Both the position numbers and the translations under genes were made by a program. A stretch of 62,688 nucleotides of DNA, filler included, from an uncultured Methanosarcinales archaeon (GTDB lineage Archaea; Nanobdellota; Nanobdellia; Woesearchaeales; JABMPP01), in NCBI GenBank assembly GCA_964604995.1. It is 15 parts of 15 records of this genome, joined end to end, with 100 filler letters (N's around TTAATTAATTAA, not from the genome) between each part and the next. Parts side by side here need not be neighbours in the genome. Positions count along the whole stretch, not along the records: positions 26,316 to 34,555 come from CAZSAD010000053.1; positions 34,656 to 39,674 come from CAZSAD010000055.1; positions 39,775 to 43,591 come from CAZSAD010000059.1; 12 more parts are not named here. One strand, given 5' to 3'. Below, one piece after another: positions 30,281-40,029 of this stretch (position 1 is its first letter; the number at the start of each line of letters is the position of its first letter). A model generated the notes under the pieces. The model searched no databases and was not told the DNA's origin. It was given only the letters and a program-made list of their open reading frames with translations.

Positions 30281-30850
30281 TTAATCCAAAGTCATCTTTG
30301 AAGTTAATGAAGTTATAGTAAATACTCCAATTAAAAGTAAGAATATCAAACCTAAAACTTTAGGATGAAATATTGTTGCCCAAAGAGCGTTTGTTCCTGT
30401 TTGTCCAACATCACTACTTGTTGTTGTGCCTGTTTCATTAACATTAATACCAACTGAACTATCTCCTCCTGTAAAAAATACTTTTCCAAGCCCACCAAGT
30501 AATATTATTACACTAAAAATCATTATCCAATAAATAATAGATTTATTGGTTGTCATTGCATTTTTGATATCACTATCAGTAGCACCAAGCATTTTATATG
30601 CAATTACCATTAAAAGAATAAAAATAAACAATAGAATAAACCAAGGAGTAATTGTTGAAATTACATCGCTTACTGAAGGAACTAAAAGAAGCATAATACC
30701 AACTAAAAATGCAACAAGTATGTGCAATCCTTGTCTATCTCCAAAAATTTTAGTGTATTCTAATATTCCATAAACAATTACAATAATAAAAAGCATTGTA
30801 AATATAAAAGAGAATTTACCCAAAAGTCCAACATCGAGAACTGATGCCAT
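30281..30850 (-). CDS. Multi-TM membrane protein, paralogue 3
   Basis: IFTMLFIIVIVYGILEYTKIFG; about 5 TM. Confidence 0.8.
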   Translation of the reverse strand: MASVLDVGLLGKFSFIFTMLFIIVIVYGILEYTKIFGDRQGLHILVAFLVGIMLLLVPSVSDVISTITPWFILLFIFILLMVIAYKMLGATDSDIKNAMTTNKSIIYWIMIFSVIILLGGLGKVFFTGGDSSVGINVNETGTTTSSDVGQTGTNALWATIFHPKVLGLIFLLLIGVFTITSLTSKMTLD

Positions 30851-30962
30851 TTTTTCTTAAAGACCCCTTTTGCAATATGTTAAATAGTTTTAATATACGT
30901 TTTTTAATATGTATTAAATAATTTAAATAGTCTAAAAAATAAAATTAAAAATAAATTAAGAT

Positions 30963-31571
30963 TTAGTGACCGCCACCGCCGCCACCAAAGATATTTCTCA
31001 TATCTTCTTTGAATCTGCCAAGATGACCTGCTTCTTTTTCATGACCAGGCTCACTTGTTATGAATGCTACAACTAAACCAAACACAACAAGTATAATCAA
31101 AATAGTAGCTGAGTCTGCTCCAAAAATATTTACAAACCAGTCCCATCCTTCCCACCAGCCAGCAGATGCTCCGAAAATCAAGATTATTATACCAATTGAT
31201 ATGAAAGCTATCCATCCAGAAAGAGCAACTCCAAACATTTTATACTCTCCGCCAAATAGACCAATTAATATCATTAACATTATAATAGCAACAACAACTA
31301 CTGAAACTGTTGGCAAAGCTTTTTGCATAATTACAACTGGATCCCAATTATCAGATGGGTATCCACCAGTTACGTGAGGAATAATTACTGTTAAAGCAAT
31401 TACTAATGCAAGAATCATATTCATATTCTTTTTGCCTTCGCCAAGAATTCTTGTCTTTTGCAAAATAGCAAAGAATATTGTAAATATTAGCAAAAACGGA
31501 AGCAAAACATCCGTAATACCTAATTCATCCAATCTTAATATGAAATCCTGAAAAACTCCGCTTGTTGCCAT
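30963..31571 (-). CDS. Multi-TM membrane protein, paralogue 2
   Basis: DVLLPFLLIFTIFFAILQKTRILG; GGGGGGH tail. Confidence 0.85.
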   Translation of the reverse strand: MATSGVFQDFILRLDELGITDVLLPFLLIFTIFFAILQKTRILGEGKKNMNMILALVIALTVIIPHVTGGYPSDNWDPVVIMQKALPTVSVVVVAIIMLMILIGLFGGEYKMFGVALSGWIAFISIGIIILIFGASAGWWEGWDWFVNIFGADSATILIILVVFGLVVAFITSEPGHEKEAGHLGRFKEDMRNIFGGGGGGH

Positions 31572-31590
31572 TTGTCCTCAACTCCTCTTC

Positions 31591-32199
31591 CTAATGGTGG
31601 CCAGAATCTCCTCCGTGCCCACCGCTTGTACCGGTTTTTTTATCTTTATCGCTAACTATAAAATACATGAAAGATATAACGATTATTACAAGAATTATAG
31701 ATGCTAACCATCTTGAATCCCAGTTAGTACTTAATTTTTCCCAAAGCCAGACAAGAAATCTTTTATCTCCATCATCGGTACTTATTGGTATTGCTGCACC
31801 AAAAATTAAAATTAAACCAATTAACATTATCCAAGTAAAAGCTGATCTCCAACCACCAAAAAGTGCGACATGTTCATCTTCTCTATAAAATGAACCAATT
31901 AACAAAAGAAATGAAACTGATATTAGTAATAGTAAAGTTACATTAGCCATTGTCTCATTAATTATTCTAACAAGTTGTGTTGACGCCACAACCAAAAACG
32001 CGACAACAAAAGCCACCATTGCATTTAAGTTTTTCTTGGTGTATTTGTGACCTTCAATTTCTTCTGTACCAAGTACTTTTGTTTTTTCAAAAATAGCAAA
32101 AACTATTGTAAATATAAGAAGAAATGGTAAAATAACATCGTAAACACCAATGTCTTTAAAAAACTCTAAAACTCCCCTAAATAATGATTGGTCTGCCAT
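31591..32199 (-). CDS. Multi-TM membrane protein, paralogue 1
   Basis: DVILPFLLIFTIVFAIFEKTKVLG; GGHGGDSGHH tail. Confidence 0.85.
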   Translation of the reverse strand: MADQSLFRGVLEFFKDIGVYDVILPFLLIFTIVFAIFEKTKVLGTEEIEGHKYTKKNLNAMVAFVVAFLVVASTQLVRIINETMANVTLLLLISVSFLLLIGSFYREDEHVALFGGWRSAFTWIMLIGLILIFGAAIPISTDDGDKRFLVWLWEKLSTNWDSRWLASIILVIIVISFMYFIVSDKDKKTGTSGGHGGDSGHH

Positions 32200-32451
32200 G
32201 CGAATAACTTTACTCTCAATCAGTATATAAACTTTTCTATTATATTATATATGAAGAAAAAGATATCTTCGTCTATAACCTTTGGGTAATATAGATTCTT
32301 AATAGATTTCTATTAGAAATTACCCCATTAGAAAGTGAAAAACTAAAGAAAATAATTAATAAAATAATGATGACTAGAACAAACACTAAAACAAACTAAA
32401 ACAATAACAAGTTTGATAAGATTTATAATAAATGAACTAATAATTGATGAT

Positions 32452-33033
32452 ATGATAAACAAAAATGATTTCCTTGGGATGAGAAAAGAACTTGTTGGTT
32501 TTGACACTAAAAGAGAAGCTATAATAAAAAAAAGTAGAGATATACTTGCAGATTCAAAGCACTCGATATATTCCATACATAGGGGAGATATGTCTGAAGC
32601 TTATGAACTACTTTTGAAAGCAAGAAAAGATATTGATTCACTTCGAAAAATAATTTCTAAATTTTCAGAAATGGAAAGTATTGGAGCATTTAGTTCAGCT
32701 ATTCAAGAATATGTTGAAGCATTATCATTTTACAATTTTGTCAAAGACCATAAATTAGTTACAAAAAAAGTTACAGGTGCAAACACTGAAGATTATTTAA
32801 TGGGAATTTGTGATTTCACTGGAGAGCTTGCAAGAAGAGTAGTTTTACTTGCAACAAAAAAGGAGTATAATGAAATTGAAAAAATAAAAGATGTTGTTGA
32901 TGAAATAAATGGACAAATGCTTCAATTCAATTTTAGAAATGGTGAACTTAGAAAAAAATATGATTCTGTAAAATGGAACCTGAAAAAAATTGAAGATGTG
33001 TATTATGATATTAGCATAAGAAATTTAAAGTAA
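32452..33033 (+). CDS. Translin/TRAX-family protein (archaeal C3PO-like)
   Basis: REAIIKKSRD, QEYVEA, DYLMGICDFTGELAR, LRKKYD. Confidence 0.9.
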   Translation: MINKNDFLGMRKELVGFDTKREAIIKKSRDILADSKHSIYSIHRGDMSEAYELLLKARKDIDSLRKIISKFSEMESIGAFSSAIQEYVEALSFYNFVKDHKLVTKKVTGANTEDYLMGICDFTGELARRVVLLATKKEYNEIEKIKDVVDEINGQMLQFNFRNGELRKKYDSVKWNLKKIEDVYYDISIRNLK

Positions 33034-33096
33034 TATTAATAAATATCAACAAGAAAATTTTAGGGGAAAAAGTTTTAGTGAGAGGTAAAATATAAA

Positions 33097-33729
33097 ATGG
33101 GTCAAATTAAATGGTTAGGTCATTCAGGATTTGAAATTATTGGTGAAAAAAAGATATTTATTGACCCATTTCAAATTCAAGGCATACAAGATAAAGCAGA
33201 CATAATTTTAATTACCCATGGTCATTATGATCATTTATCACAAGAAGACATAAAAAAAATTGCATTGCCTTCTACAACAATTGCAATAACTCCTGATGGA
33301 CAAAGCTCGCTTAGAAATTTTCCAGGAAAAGTGATTCTTGTTGAGCCAAATAAGGAATATGTAATTGATGGAATAAAAATCCAAACTGTTCCTATGTATA
33401 ATATAAATAAACATTTTCACCCAAAACAAAACGAATGGGTTGGATATATAATAGAAAGTGAAGGAAAGAAAATATACCATGCTGGTGATACTGATATTAT
33501 TCCAGAAATGGAAAATTTGAAATCAAAGAATATTGATATTGCACTTTTGCCAATTTCAGGTACATATGTAATGACAGCTACTGAAGCTGCAAAAGCTGCC
33601 CAAATAATAAATCCTAAACTTGCAATTCCTATGCACTATGGAAATATAATTGGCACAGAAAAAGATGTTAAAATATTTCAAGAATTGTTAGCAGGAAAAA
33701 TTCAAGTGCAAATTCCAACAAAGGCTTAA
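33097..33729 (+). CDS. Metallo-beta-lactamase-fold hydrolase (UPF0173-like)
   Basis: WLGHS, THGHYDH, HAGDT, PMHY. Confidence 0.92.
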   Translation: MGQIKWLGHSGFEIIGEKKIFIDPFQIQGIQDKADIILITHGHYDHLSQEDIKKIALPSTTIAITPDGQSSLRNFPGKVILVEPNKEYVIDGIKIQTVPMYNINKHFHPKQNEWVGYIIESEGKKIYHAGDTDIIPEMENLKSKNIDIALLPISGTYVMTATEAAKAAQIINPKLAIPMHYGNIIGTEKDVKIFQELLAGKIQVQIPTKA

Positions 33730-33731
33730 GT

Positions 33732-34292
33732 ATGATTAGTAAACAATCCAAAAAATCAAAAAATGGACTTATGATAATTGTTGGTTCTAACAATCCAACT
33801 AAAATAAGTGCTGTAAAAAAAGGATTCTCTTTGTTTTATAAACATTGTAAAATTAAAGGCATTGTTACAAAATCATATGTTTCTGAGCAACCAAAATCTC
33901 TAGCTGAAACTGTAAAAGGTGCCAAGAATAGGGCAAAGAACGCATTTGTAAGAAAAAAATGTGATTTTTCAGTTGGACTTGAAGCGGGAATTATTAAATT
34001 CCCGTGTCGTACGGGTTATATGGATATTTGTGTTGCTGTTCTATTTGATGGAAAAGAATATTATTATGGTGGATCCTCATTATTTGAATATCCTAAATTC
34101 ATTGTAGATGATGTAATAAAAAAAGATATGAGTGTAGGAGATTCAATTAACCAACATCTGAAAAGAAAGAGTGTTGGAAGAAAAGAGGGTGTAATAGGTT
34201 GGCTAAGTAGAGGTAAAATAAAAAGAGAGGATTATATGGTATCTGCCATCGAAATGGCCTTAGTTTCATATACAAATAAGAGACTTTATTAA
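33732..34292 (+). CDS. yjjX: Inosine/xanthosine triphosphatase (DUF84)
   Basis: GSNNPTKISAV, VSEQP, GAKNRA, GLEAG, GVIGWLS. Confidence 0.9.
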   Translation: MISKQSKKSKNGLMIIVGSNNPTKISAVKKGFSLFYKHCKIKGIVTKSYVSEQPKSLAETVKGAKNRAKNAFVRKKCDFSVGLEAGIIKFPCRTGYMDICVAVLFDGKEYYYGGSSLFEYPKFIVDDVIKKDMSVGDSINQHLKRKSVGRKEGVIGWLSRGKIKREDYMVSAIEMALVSYTNKRLY

Positions 34293-34340
34293 TAACATAT
34301 AATCTGCACTCGCAAAGAGAATAACCATAGATGATATTGA

Positions 34341-34555
34341 ATGGAACACAAAAAACATCCTGAAAGAAGATTTAAACATGTATTAGCTCTTCCTTTTATC
34401 TATATGATGATCTTCCCAATGATTTTACTAGATTTTTTTTTAGAAATATACCATAGAATATGTTTTTTTTGTTATGGTATTCCTTATGTAAAAAGAGAAG
34501 ATTATATCAGAATTGATAGACACAAATTAAATTATCTTCCTTTTATTGAAAAAAT
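34341..34555 (+). CDS. Small membrane protein (3' truncated)
   Basis: LPFIY...YHRICF..YGIP.VKREDYI.IDRHKL.YL. Confidence 0.65.
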
Positions 34556-34706
34556 NNNNNNNNNNNNNNNNNNNNNNNNNNNNNNNNNNNNNNNNNNNNT
34601 TAATTAATTAANNNNNNNNNNNNNNNNNNNNNNNNNNNNNNNNNNNNNNNNNNNNATAATTTCTATAAAAAATTGGAAGATAATAAATAGGAGATTCTAT
34701 AAATTT

Positions 34707-35624
34707 TTATTCCTTTCCTTCTAGTATTTTAGTATATGCAGCAATTCCTTTTTTAATATCAAATTTAGGTTTATATCCCAATATTTTCTTTGCTTTTGAA
34801 ATATCTGCAACTGTATGATTTTGATAAAAGGTATAATTATTATCAAAATATTCTGTTTGAAAATTAGTATGTAAATTTTGTTGCAATAAATCTATAATTT
34901 TATTGAAACTAACTGATTGTCCAGATCCAATATTAAATACTTCTGAGCCTTCAATATCGCATGTTCCTGCTAAGATAGTTCCTTGTACTGCATCTTCAAC
35001 ATAGATTTGATCTCTTTCTTGCTCTCCAAATTTGAAGATTCTTGGTTTTTTGCCAGATTTAATTTGCAAATATAATTGGTAGATCATACTAGCTGCTTTT
35101 CCTTTATAATATTCTCTTGGACCATAAACATTAAAATATCTAACGCCATGTATGGGAATAGAATGTTCATCTGAGTAAACCTTAGCAATTTTTTCCATTG
35201 TTAATTTTGAATAAGAATATGCATTTAGTGGAGTATAATTCCATCCTTCTTTGTAGGGTATTTTTTTTGAATTTCCATATGTACCTGCTGAACTTGCAAA
35301 AACTACTTTAATCCTTTTTTTCACTGCAAAATTTAGTACATTTCTAAATCCTTCAACATTTTGAGCAAGCATGTTTTTATCGTCTGTAACGGTAGTATCT
35401 GTTATAGATGCCAAGTGATAAATTATGTTCACATCTTTGCATTTGTTAAGAATTGATAAGTCAGTTATATCTCCAACAACTACATTCCCGTTGAAATCTA
35501 ATAAATTATTAAAATTACCAACTGAAAAATTATCAAGAACTATAACATCAAACCCTTGTTTTTGAAGTTCAACTGCAAGATTTGAACCAATGAAACCTGC
35601 ACCACCCGTTACTAGCGCTTTCAT
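34707..35624 (-). CDS. rfaD: ADP-L-glycero-D-manno-heptose 6-epimerase-like extended SDR
   Basis: TGGAGFIGSN, SITDTTV, YSYSK, YFNVYGPREYYKGKAASM, FKFGEQERD. Confidence 0.8.
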   Translation of the reverse strand: MKALVTGGAGFIGSNLAVELQKQGFDVIVLDNFSVGNFNNLLDFNGNVVVGDITDLSILNKCKDVNIIYHLASITDTTVTDDKNMLAQNVEGFRNVLNFAVKKRIKVVFASSAGTYGNSKKIPYKEGWNYTPLNAYSYSKLTMEKIAKVYSDEHSIPIHGVRYFNVYGPREYYKGKAASMIYQLYLQIKSGKKPRIFKFGEQERDQIYVEDAVQGTILAGTCDIEGSEVFNIGSGQSVSFNKIIDLLQQNLHTNFQTEYFDNNYTFYQNHTVADISKAKKILGYKPKFDIKKGIAAYTKILEGKE

Positions 35625-35779
35625 GATATCACTCCTCTAAATTAAAACTTTATTTTGATTAGGTTTAATTAATTTAGACCTAATTTTCTTTAAATAGTTA
35701 ATTTATTGTATAATAAAGTATATGTCAGAACGCAACGTTTATTTATCTTTCTATATTTTATTATATTAAATTAGTTATT

Positions 35780-36742
35780 TTAATTAATGTGATTTACCAT
35801 CAATTTTCTTTTGTGTGCTATTTTAACTGCTTTTATTATTCCATTTGCATTTAATCCATATTTTTCATAAAGTTCTTGTGGTTTTCCAGACTCTCCAAAA
35901 CTATCTAGCATCCCAACTCTTTCGAGTATAATTGGATGATTTGCAGTTAAGCATTCAGAAACTGCACCACCAAGTCCACCTATAATACTATGATCTTCTG
36001 CTGTAACAATAGCACCAGTTTCTTTTGCTGCTTTGATTATAAGATTAAAGTCCAATGGTTTTATTGTTGGCATATTGATTATTCTAGCATTAATTCCTTG
36101 AGCTTGAAGTTTTTCTGCAGCGATTAAACTTTCATTTACCTGTGGCCCACATGCAACAATTGTAACATCTGTCCCATCCTTAAGGATTTGTCCTTTACCT
36201 ATTTCAAAAATATAATCAGAATTATGTATGGTCGGAACTTTTTCTCTTGCAAGTCTCATATATACTGGTCCAAAATATTCTGCTATTGCAAATGTTGCTT
36301 TTTGCGCTTCAATAGCATCTGATGGACATATTACAACCATGTTTGGAATTGACCTAAATACTGCAATATCCTCAATGCATTGTGCTGACGATCCATCTTC
36401 GCCAGTAATCATTCCTGCATGACTGCCTATTAATTTAACATTAAGATTCATTCTACAAACTCCATTTCTAATTTGTTCAAATGCTCTTTCCATAAATATT
36501 GAAAAAGTATTTGCAAATGGAATTTTACCTGATGCTGCAAGTCCGCATGAAACAAGAACCATATCTGCTTCTGAAATTCCAACACTAAAACTTCTTTCTG
36601 GAAATTCTTTTGTAAATAAACTACTTTTAGTTGATTTTCCAAGATCAGCATCTACTACAACTACATTTTTATTTTTTCTTCCTAGTTCAACTAAACCAAT
36701 TCCAAAACCATCTCTTGTTGCACTTTTTTCCATTTGAATCAT
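35780..36742 (-). CDS. Transketolase, C-terminal subunit
   Basis: DADL, GISEADM, GEDGSS, EDHSIIGGLG; ATGA overlap with the N-terminal subunit gene. Confidence 0.93.
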   Translation of the reverse strand: MIQMEKSATRDGFGIGLVELGRKNKNVVVVDADLGKSTKSSLFTKEFPERSFSVGISEADMVLVSCGLAASGKIPFANTFSIFMERAFEQIRNGVCRMNLNVKLIGSHAGMITGEDGSSAQCIEDIAVFRSIPNMVVICPSDAIEAQKATFAIAEYFGPVYMRLAREKVPTIHNSDYIFEIGKGQILKDGTDVTIVACGPQVNESLIAAEKLQAQGINARIINMPTIKPLDFNLIIKAAKETGAIVTAEDHSIIGGLGGAVSECLTANHPIILERVGMLDSFGESGKPQELYEKYGLNANGIIKAVKIAHKRKLMVNHIN

Positions 36743-37560
36743 CTACTTTTTGAGAGTTCTTCAATTGCTTTTTTGAATTCCCCATCATTAGGTGCCCTTC
36801 CATGAAATTCTGGATTATTTTCCATAAAAGATACCCCTTTTCCTTTGACAGTTTTAAGTATTGCAACTCTTGGACCTTTCATTTCCCATAGTTGGTCCAA
36901 GATTTTAGTTATTGAATTAAAATCATGTCCATCCCCTTCTAAAACATTCCAGCCAAATGCTTTCCATTTATCCGCTAAAGGTTCAATAATTTTTGTTTTA
37001 TCTACAAATCCATCATTTTGTATTCCATTCCTATCAATAATTGCGATGATATCTAATTTATGATGACTAGCACTCATAGCAGCTTCCCAAACTTCCCCTT
37101 CTTGTTGTTCACCATCTCCCATGAGTACAACAACCTTATAATTTTGATTATCAATTTTTTTTGCAATTGCGTATCCATTTCCAAAAGAAAGTCCCATTCC
37201 AAGGCTTCCTCCTGAAAATTCAACTCCTGGAACTTTTATGTCAACATGTCCTTGCAATAAGGAATTAATTTGTCTAAAATTCCAAAGTTCTTCAATTGGA
37301 AAAAATCCTTTTTTACAAAGTGCAACATAAACAGCCGGAGACGCATGGCCCTTACTCATAATAAAAATATCTCTTCCTATTTTTTTAGGCTCTTTAGGAT
37401 AAACATTTAATTTATAAAAATAAAGTGCAGTGATTATATCAATAGAAGATAAACTACCACCAGGATGTCCTGATTGCGATTTGTAGAGCATTTTAATTAT
37501 ATTTATTCTAAGATCTTTAGATATTTCTTTAAGATTACTTATTGTTTTTTCGTCTGCCAT
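36739..37560 (-). CDS. Transketolase, N-terminal subunit
   Basis: SGHPGGSLS, SKGHA, LQGH, GDGE, TVKGKG. Confidence 0.95.
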   Translation of the reverse strand: MADEKTISNLKEISKDLRINIIKMLYKSQSGHPGGSLSSIDIITALYFYKLNVYPKEPKKIGRDIFIMSKGHASPAVYVALCKKGFFPIEELWNFRQINSLLQGHVDIKVPGVEFSGGSLGMGLSFGNGYAIAKKIDNQNYKVVVLMGDGEQQEGEVWEAAMSASHHKLDIIAIIDRNGIQNDGFVDKTKIIEPLADKWKAFGWNVLEGDGHDFNSITKILDQLWEMKGPRVAILKTVKGKGVSFMENNPEFHGRAPNDGEFKKAIEELSKSR

Positions 37561-37690
37561 ATTATACCATTTATTATTAGTATTGCAAACATTCTTTTAT
37601 AGTTTATGTTTAAGGTTTTGTCAAAGAATTTAATATAAAATGATATATGTTAACCAAAATAAAAGTGTAATATAAAATAGAAAAAAAATA

Positions 37691-37711
37691 AGGCTATAAA
37701 AATTAGCCTTA
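37691..37711. terminator. Hairpin downstream of the TrmB gene
   Basis: AAGGCTA-N7-TAGCCTT, followed by a T-tract on the minus strand. Confidence 0.45.
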
Positions 37712-37724
37712 GTCAATTTTTAAA

Positions 37725-38546
37725 TTAGTTTTTACCAACAACTTCTTTAGCTGGTTTCATGGATTTCCATGCAAGATCAAATAAACCATTTAATGCTCCT
37801 GCAAAAAATGGAGTATTAACCCAAATACCAACATCGTAAGTTGGATGAACTTCAGAGTCGTTTAGAACCATAAAGATAATTTCTTTTCCATCAACAACAC
37901 AAAATCTAGCTTTCATATCTGTGTGTTTAACTTCAGCAACTTCAGATATGTCTTTTACAGCAGCTTTAGTGTCTTTAGTTAATGGTGCTGCGATTCTAAT
38001 TTTAACTCCTCTTTTCTTAAGTTCTTGGAAAACTGGTTTTAAACCTTCAACTTTTCTGATAAAGCCTTGTGTTGTTGACATCATAACAACTGACTCTTCA
38101 GCATTTCTTATTGTTAGTTCCAAGTGATTGTATAAATTGTGCCTGCCTCTTAAACTTCCAGACAAATCAGCTGGCTCAATTAATTCTACACCTTGTGTAT
38201 GTAAAGTATCAAGTTCACCTAGAATTTCTGTATTTTTCATATCGTCTAGTCTTTTTACTTTTTCATCAGCTTCAATTCTCATATTTTTCTTTACTCTATC
38301 AACAACTTCTCCTGGAGGAACTGCAATATATTTTATTGGCTTGCCTAGTTTCATAACTACAAAGCCTTTTTTCTCTAAACTTTCCAAAACATCATAACTT
38401 CTACTTCTTGGAACATTTGCAATATCTGAAAGTTCTCCTGCTGTAGAAACACCTCTAGACAATAGTGCTGTCCAGATTTTAACCTCGTAAAGGTTCAGTG
38501 AAAAATATCTTCTCAATTTACTTAAAAATTCTTCTTTTACTATCAT
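37725..38546 (-). CDS. TrmB-family transcriptional regulator
   Basis: NLYEVKIW, VPRSRSYDVLESLEKKG, KRGVKIRI. Confidence 0.92.
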   Translation of the reverse strand: MIVKEEFLSKLRRYFSLNLYEVKIWTALLSRGVSTAGELSDIANVPRSRSYDVLESLEKKGFVVMKLGKPIKYIAVPPGEVVDRVKKNMRIEADEKVKRLDDMKNTEILGELDTLHTQGVELIEPADLSGSLRGRHNLYNHLELTIRNAEESVVMMSTTQGFIRKVEGLKPVFQELKKRGVKIRIAAPLTKDTKAAVKDISEVAEVKHTDMKARFCVVDGKEIIFMVLNDSEVHPTYDVGIWVNTPFFAGALNGLFDLAWKSMKPAKEVVGKN

Positions 38547-39010
38547 TGTACACGACCCCCCTTTTTCAGAGGATTTTCACCCTCTTGAGAGGGTAAAAAG
38601 GTTTCTTCCTTTAATAATGTTGCTGTTTTTTACTGTAGTTAGGTAGTCACTTTTTTAGAGTATAAATATTTTTCTACTTTAAAGTTAAAAAAGTACCTAA
38701 GTAACAGAATTCACCTTTTTTCTTGAGGAAAAGAAGCATAACTAATATTTAAATTTTACTTTGTAAAAAGATTTTAGAAGTAATGAAATTGACATTGAAT
38801 TTTTATTTAATTGATGAAAAATATTTTTTAGCTTATAGTGAAAACATATATAACTTTAAGTTGTAATGTTTAGATGATAAAAAGAATTGATTATGTTATT
38901 GTAAGAAGAAGATTATAGTAAAATGGATAAAAAGTAGTAGTGAAAATAGTAGAATAATAATTAAAAAATTGAAAATTGAATTTAGAAATTAAATAAAATA
39001 TAAATTAAAA

Positions 39011-39637
39011 TTAAGCTTCTGCTCCTTTCTTTTTAATTCTCTTCATTCTAAAGATGTTTTCTCTTTCCATCTCTTCTAGTCTTAATCTAATAAAAGCTGC
39101 TTGTTTATCCATTTGTGGAATGACTGCAAATTCTAATGCATTAACTCTTCTTTTTGTTTTTTCAATTTCTTGCAAAAGTTTTCTCATTGAAGTTTCAACT
39201 TCAGCTGCAATTATTATTTTTTCAACTAGTTTTTCATAGCTTTCTGCTGCTTCATTAATTGCTGCAGAATTAAAAACACCTGGGCCTCTTTCAAAAGTTT
39301 TTCTTTGTAATTCGAGTTGAGAAAGTTTTGGAACTTTAACTCCCATTATACTTTTAGTTTTTAAATCAACTTCTGGCCTATTTTTCATTGCCATTGCAAC
39401 TGATTTTATTGCAAGATCTGATTCAAGTACTCTTGCTACATTTAATTTGTATTGTGCATCTTTATACGCTAATGTAAGTTCACTTCTAAGTGTTTTTGCT
39501 TTATTCAAAACTTCAAAAAAATCAAGTATTAATCCATCTCTTTTTTTCTTGAGTAAATTATATCCAGATTTAGCTAATTTGATTTTTTTCTTGAGCTTCA
39601 TAAGCTCGCTTCTAGTTGGTTTAATGTTTTGTGCCAT
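39011..39637 (-). CDS. atpD: A/V-type ATP synthase subunit D
   Basis: PTRSEL, LLKKKRDGL, EIEKTKRRVNALE, EMERE. Confidence 0.96.
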   Translation of the reverse strand: MAQNIKPTRSELMKLKKKIKLAKSGYNLLKKKRDGLILDFFEVLNKAKTLRSELTLAYKDAQYKLNVARVLESDLAIKSVAMAMKNRPEVDLKTKSIMGVKVPKLSQLELQRKTFERGPGVFNSAAINEAAESYEKLVEKIIIAAEVETSMRKLLQEIEKTKRRVNALEFAVIPQMDKQAAFIRLRLEEMERENIFRMKRIKKKGAEA

Positions 39638-39793
39638 GTGTTTCAACCATTTTTATTTTAGTAAAATTAAGGTTNNNNNNNNNNNNNNNNNNNNNNNNNN
39701 NNNNNNNNNNNNNNNNNNTTAATTAATTAANNNNNNNNNNNNNNNNNNNNNNNNNNNNNNNNNNNNNNNNNNNNATTGTGCTAAATATTGAAA

Positions 39794-39967
39794 TTACAAA
39801 TCTCTTGGCATTATAGTATTCCGATTATTATCCCTTGTTCTTTTGCATGCATCTTTTATAAGAATTTTTACTTTTTCATTTAGAGCATCTGCAAAATCGC
39901 TTGAAATATTATAATGTTTGCCATCAATTTCTGCACAATCCCTAATTTTCGATTTTACAATTAACAT
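39794..39967 (-). CDS. 57-aa short histone-fold protein (DUF1931-like; missed by the ORF track)
   Basis: MLIVKSKIRDCAEIDGKHYNISSDFADALNEKVKILIKDACKRTRDNNRNTIMPRDL. Confidence 0.85.
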   Translation of the reverse strand: MLIVKSKIRDCAEIDGKHYNISSDFADALNEKVKILIKDACKRTRDNNRNTIMPRDL

Positions 39968-40029
39968 ATCTTTTTCGTCGCAGAAGTATTATATAAAACT
40001 TTTTATATTATAAATAATTATCAATAGTA

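Noticed and set aside
38579..38720. Hairpin and possible TrmB operator upstream of the TrmB gene
   Set aside because: The ACCCTC/GAGGGT stem is real, but matches to known TrmB boxes are too degenerate to call.
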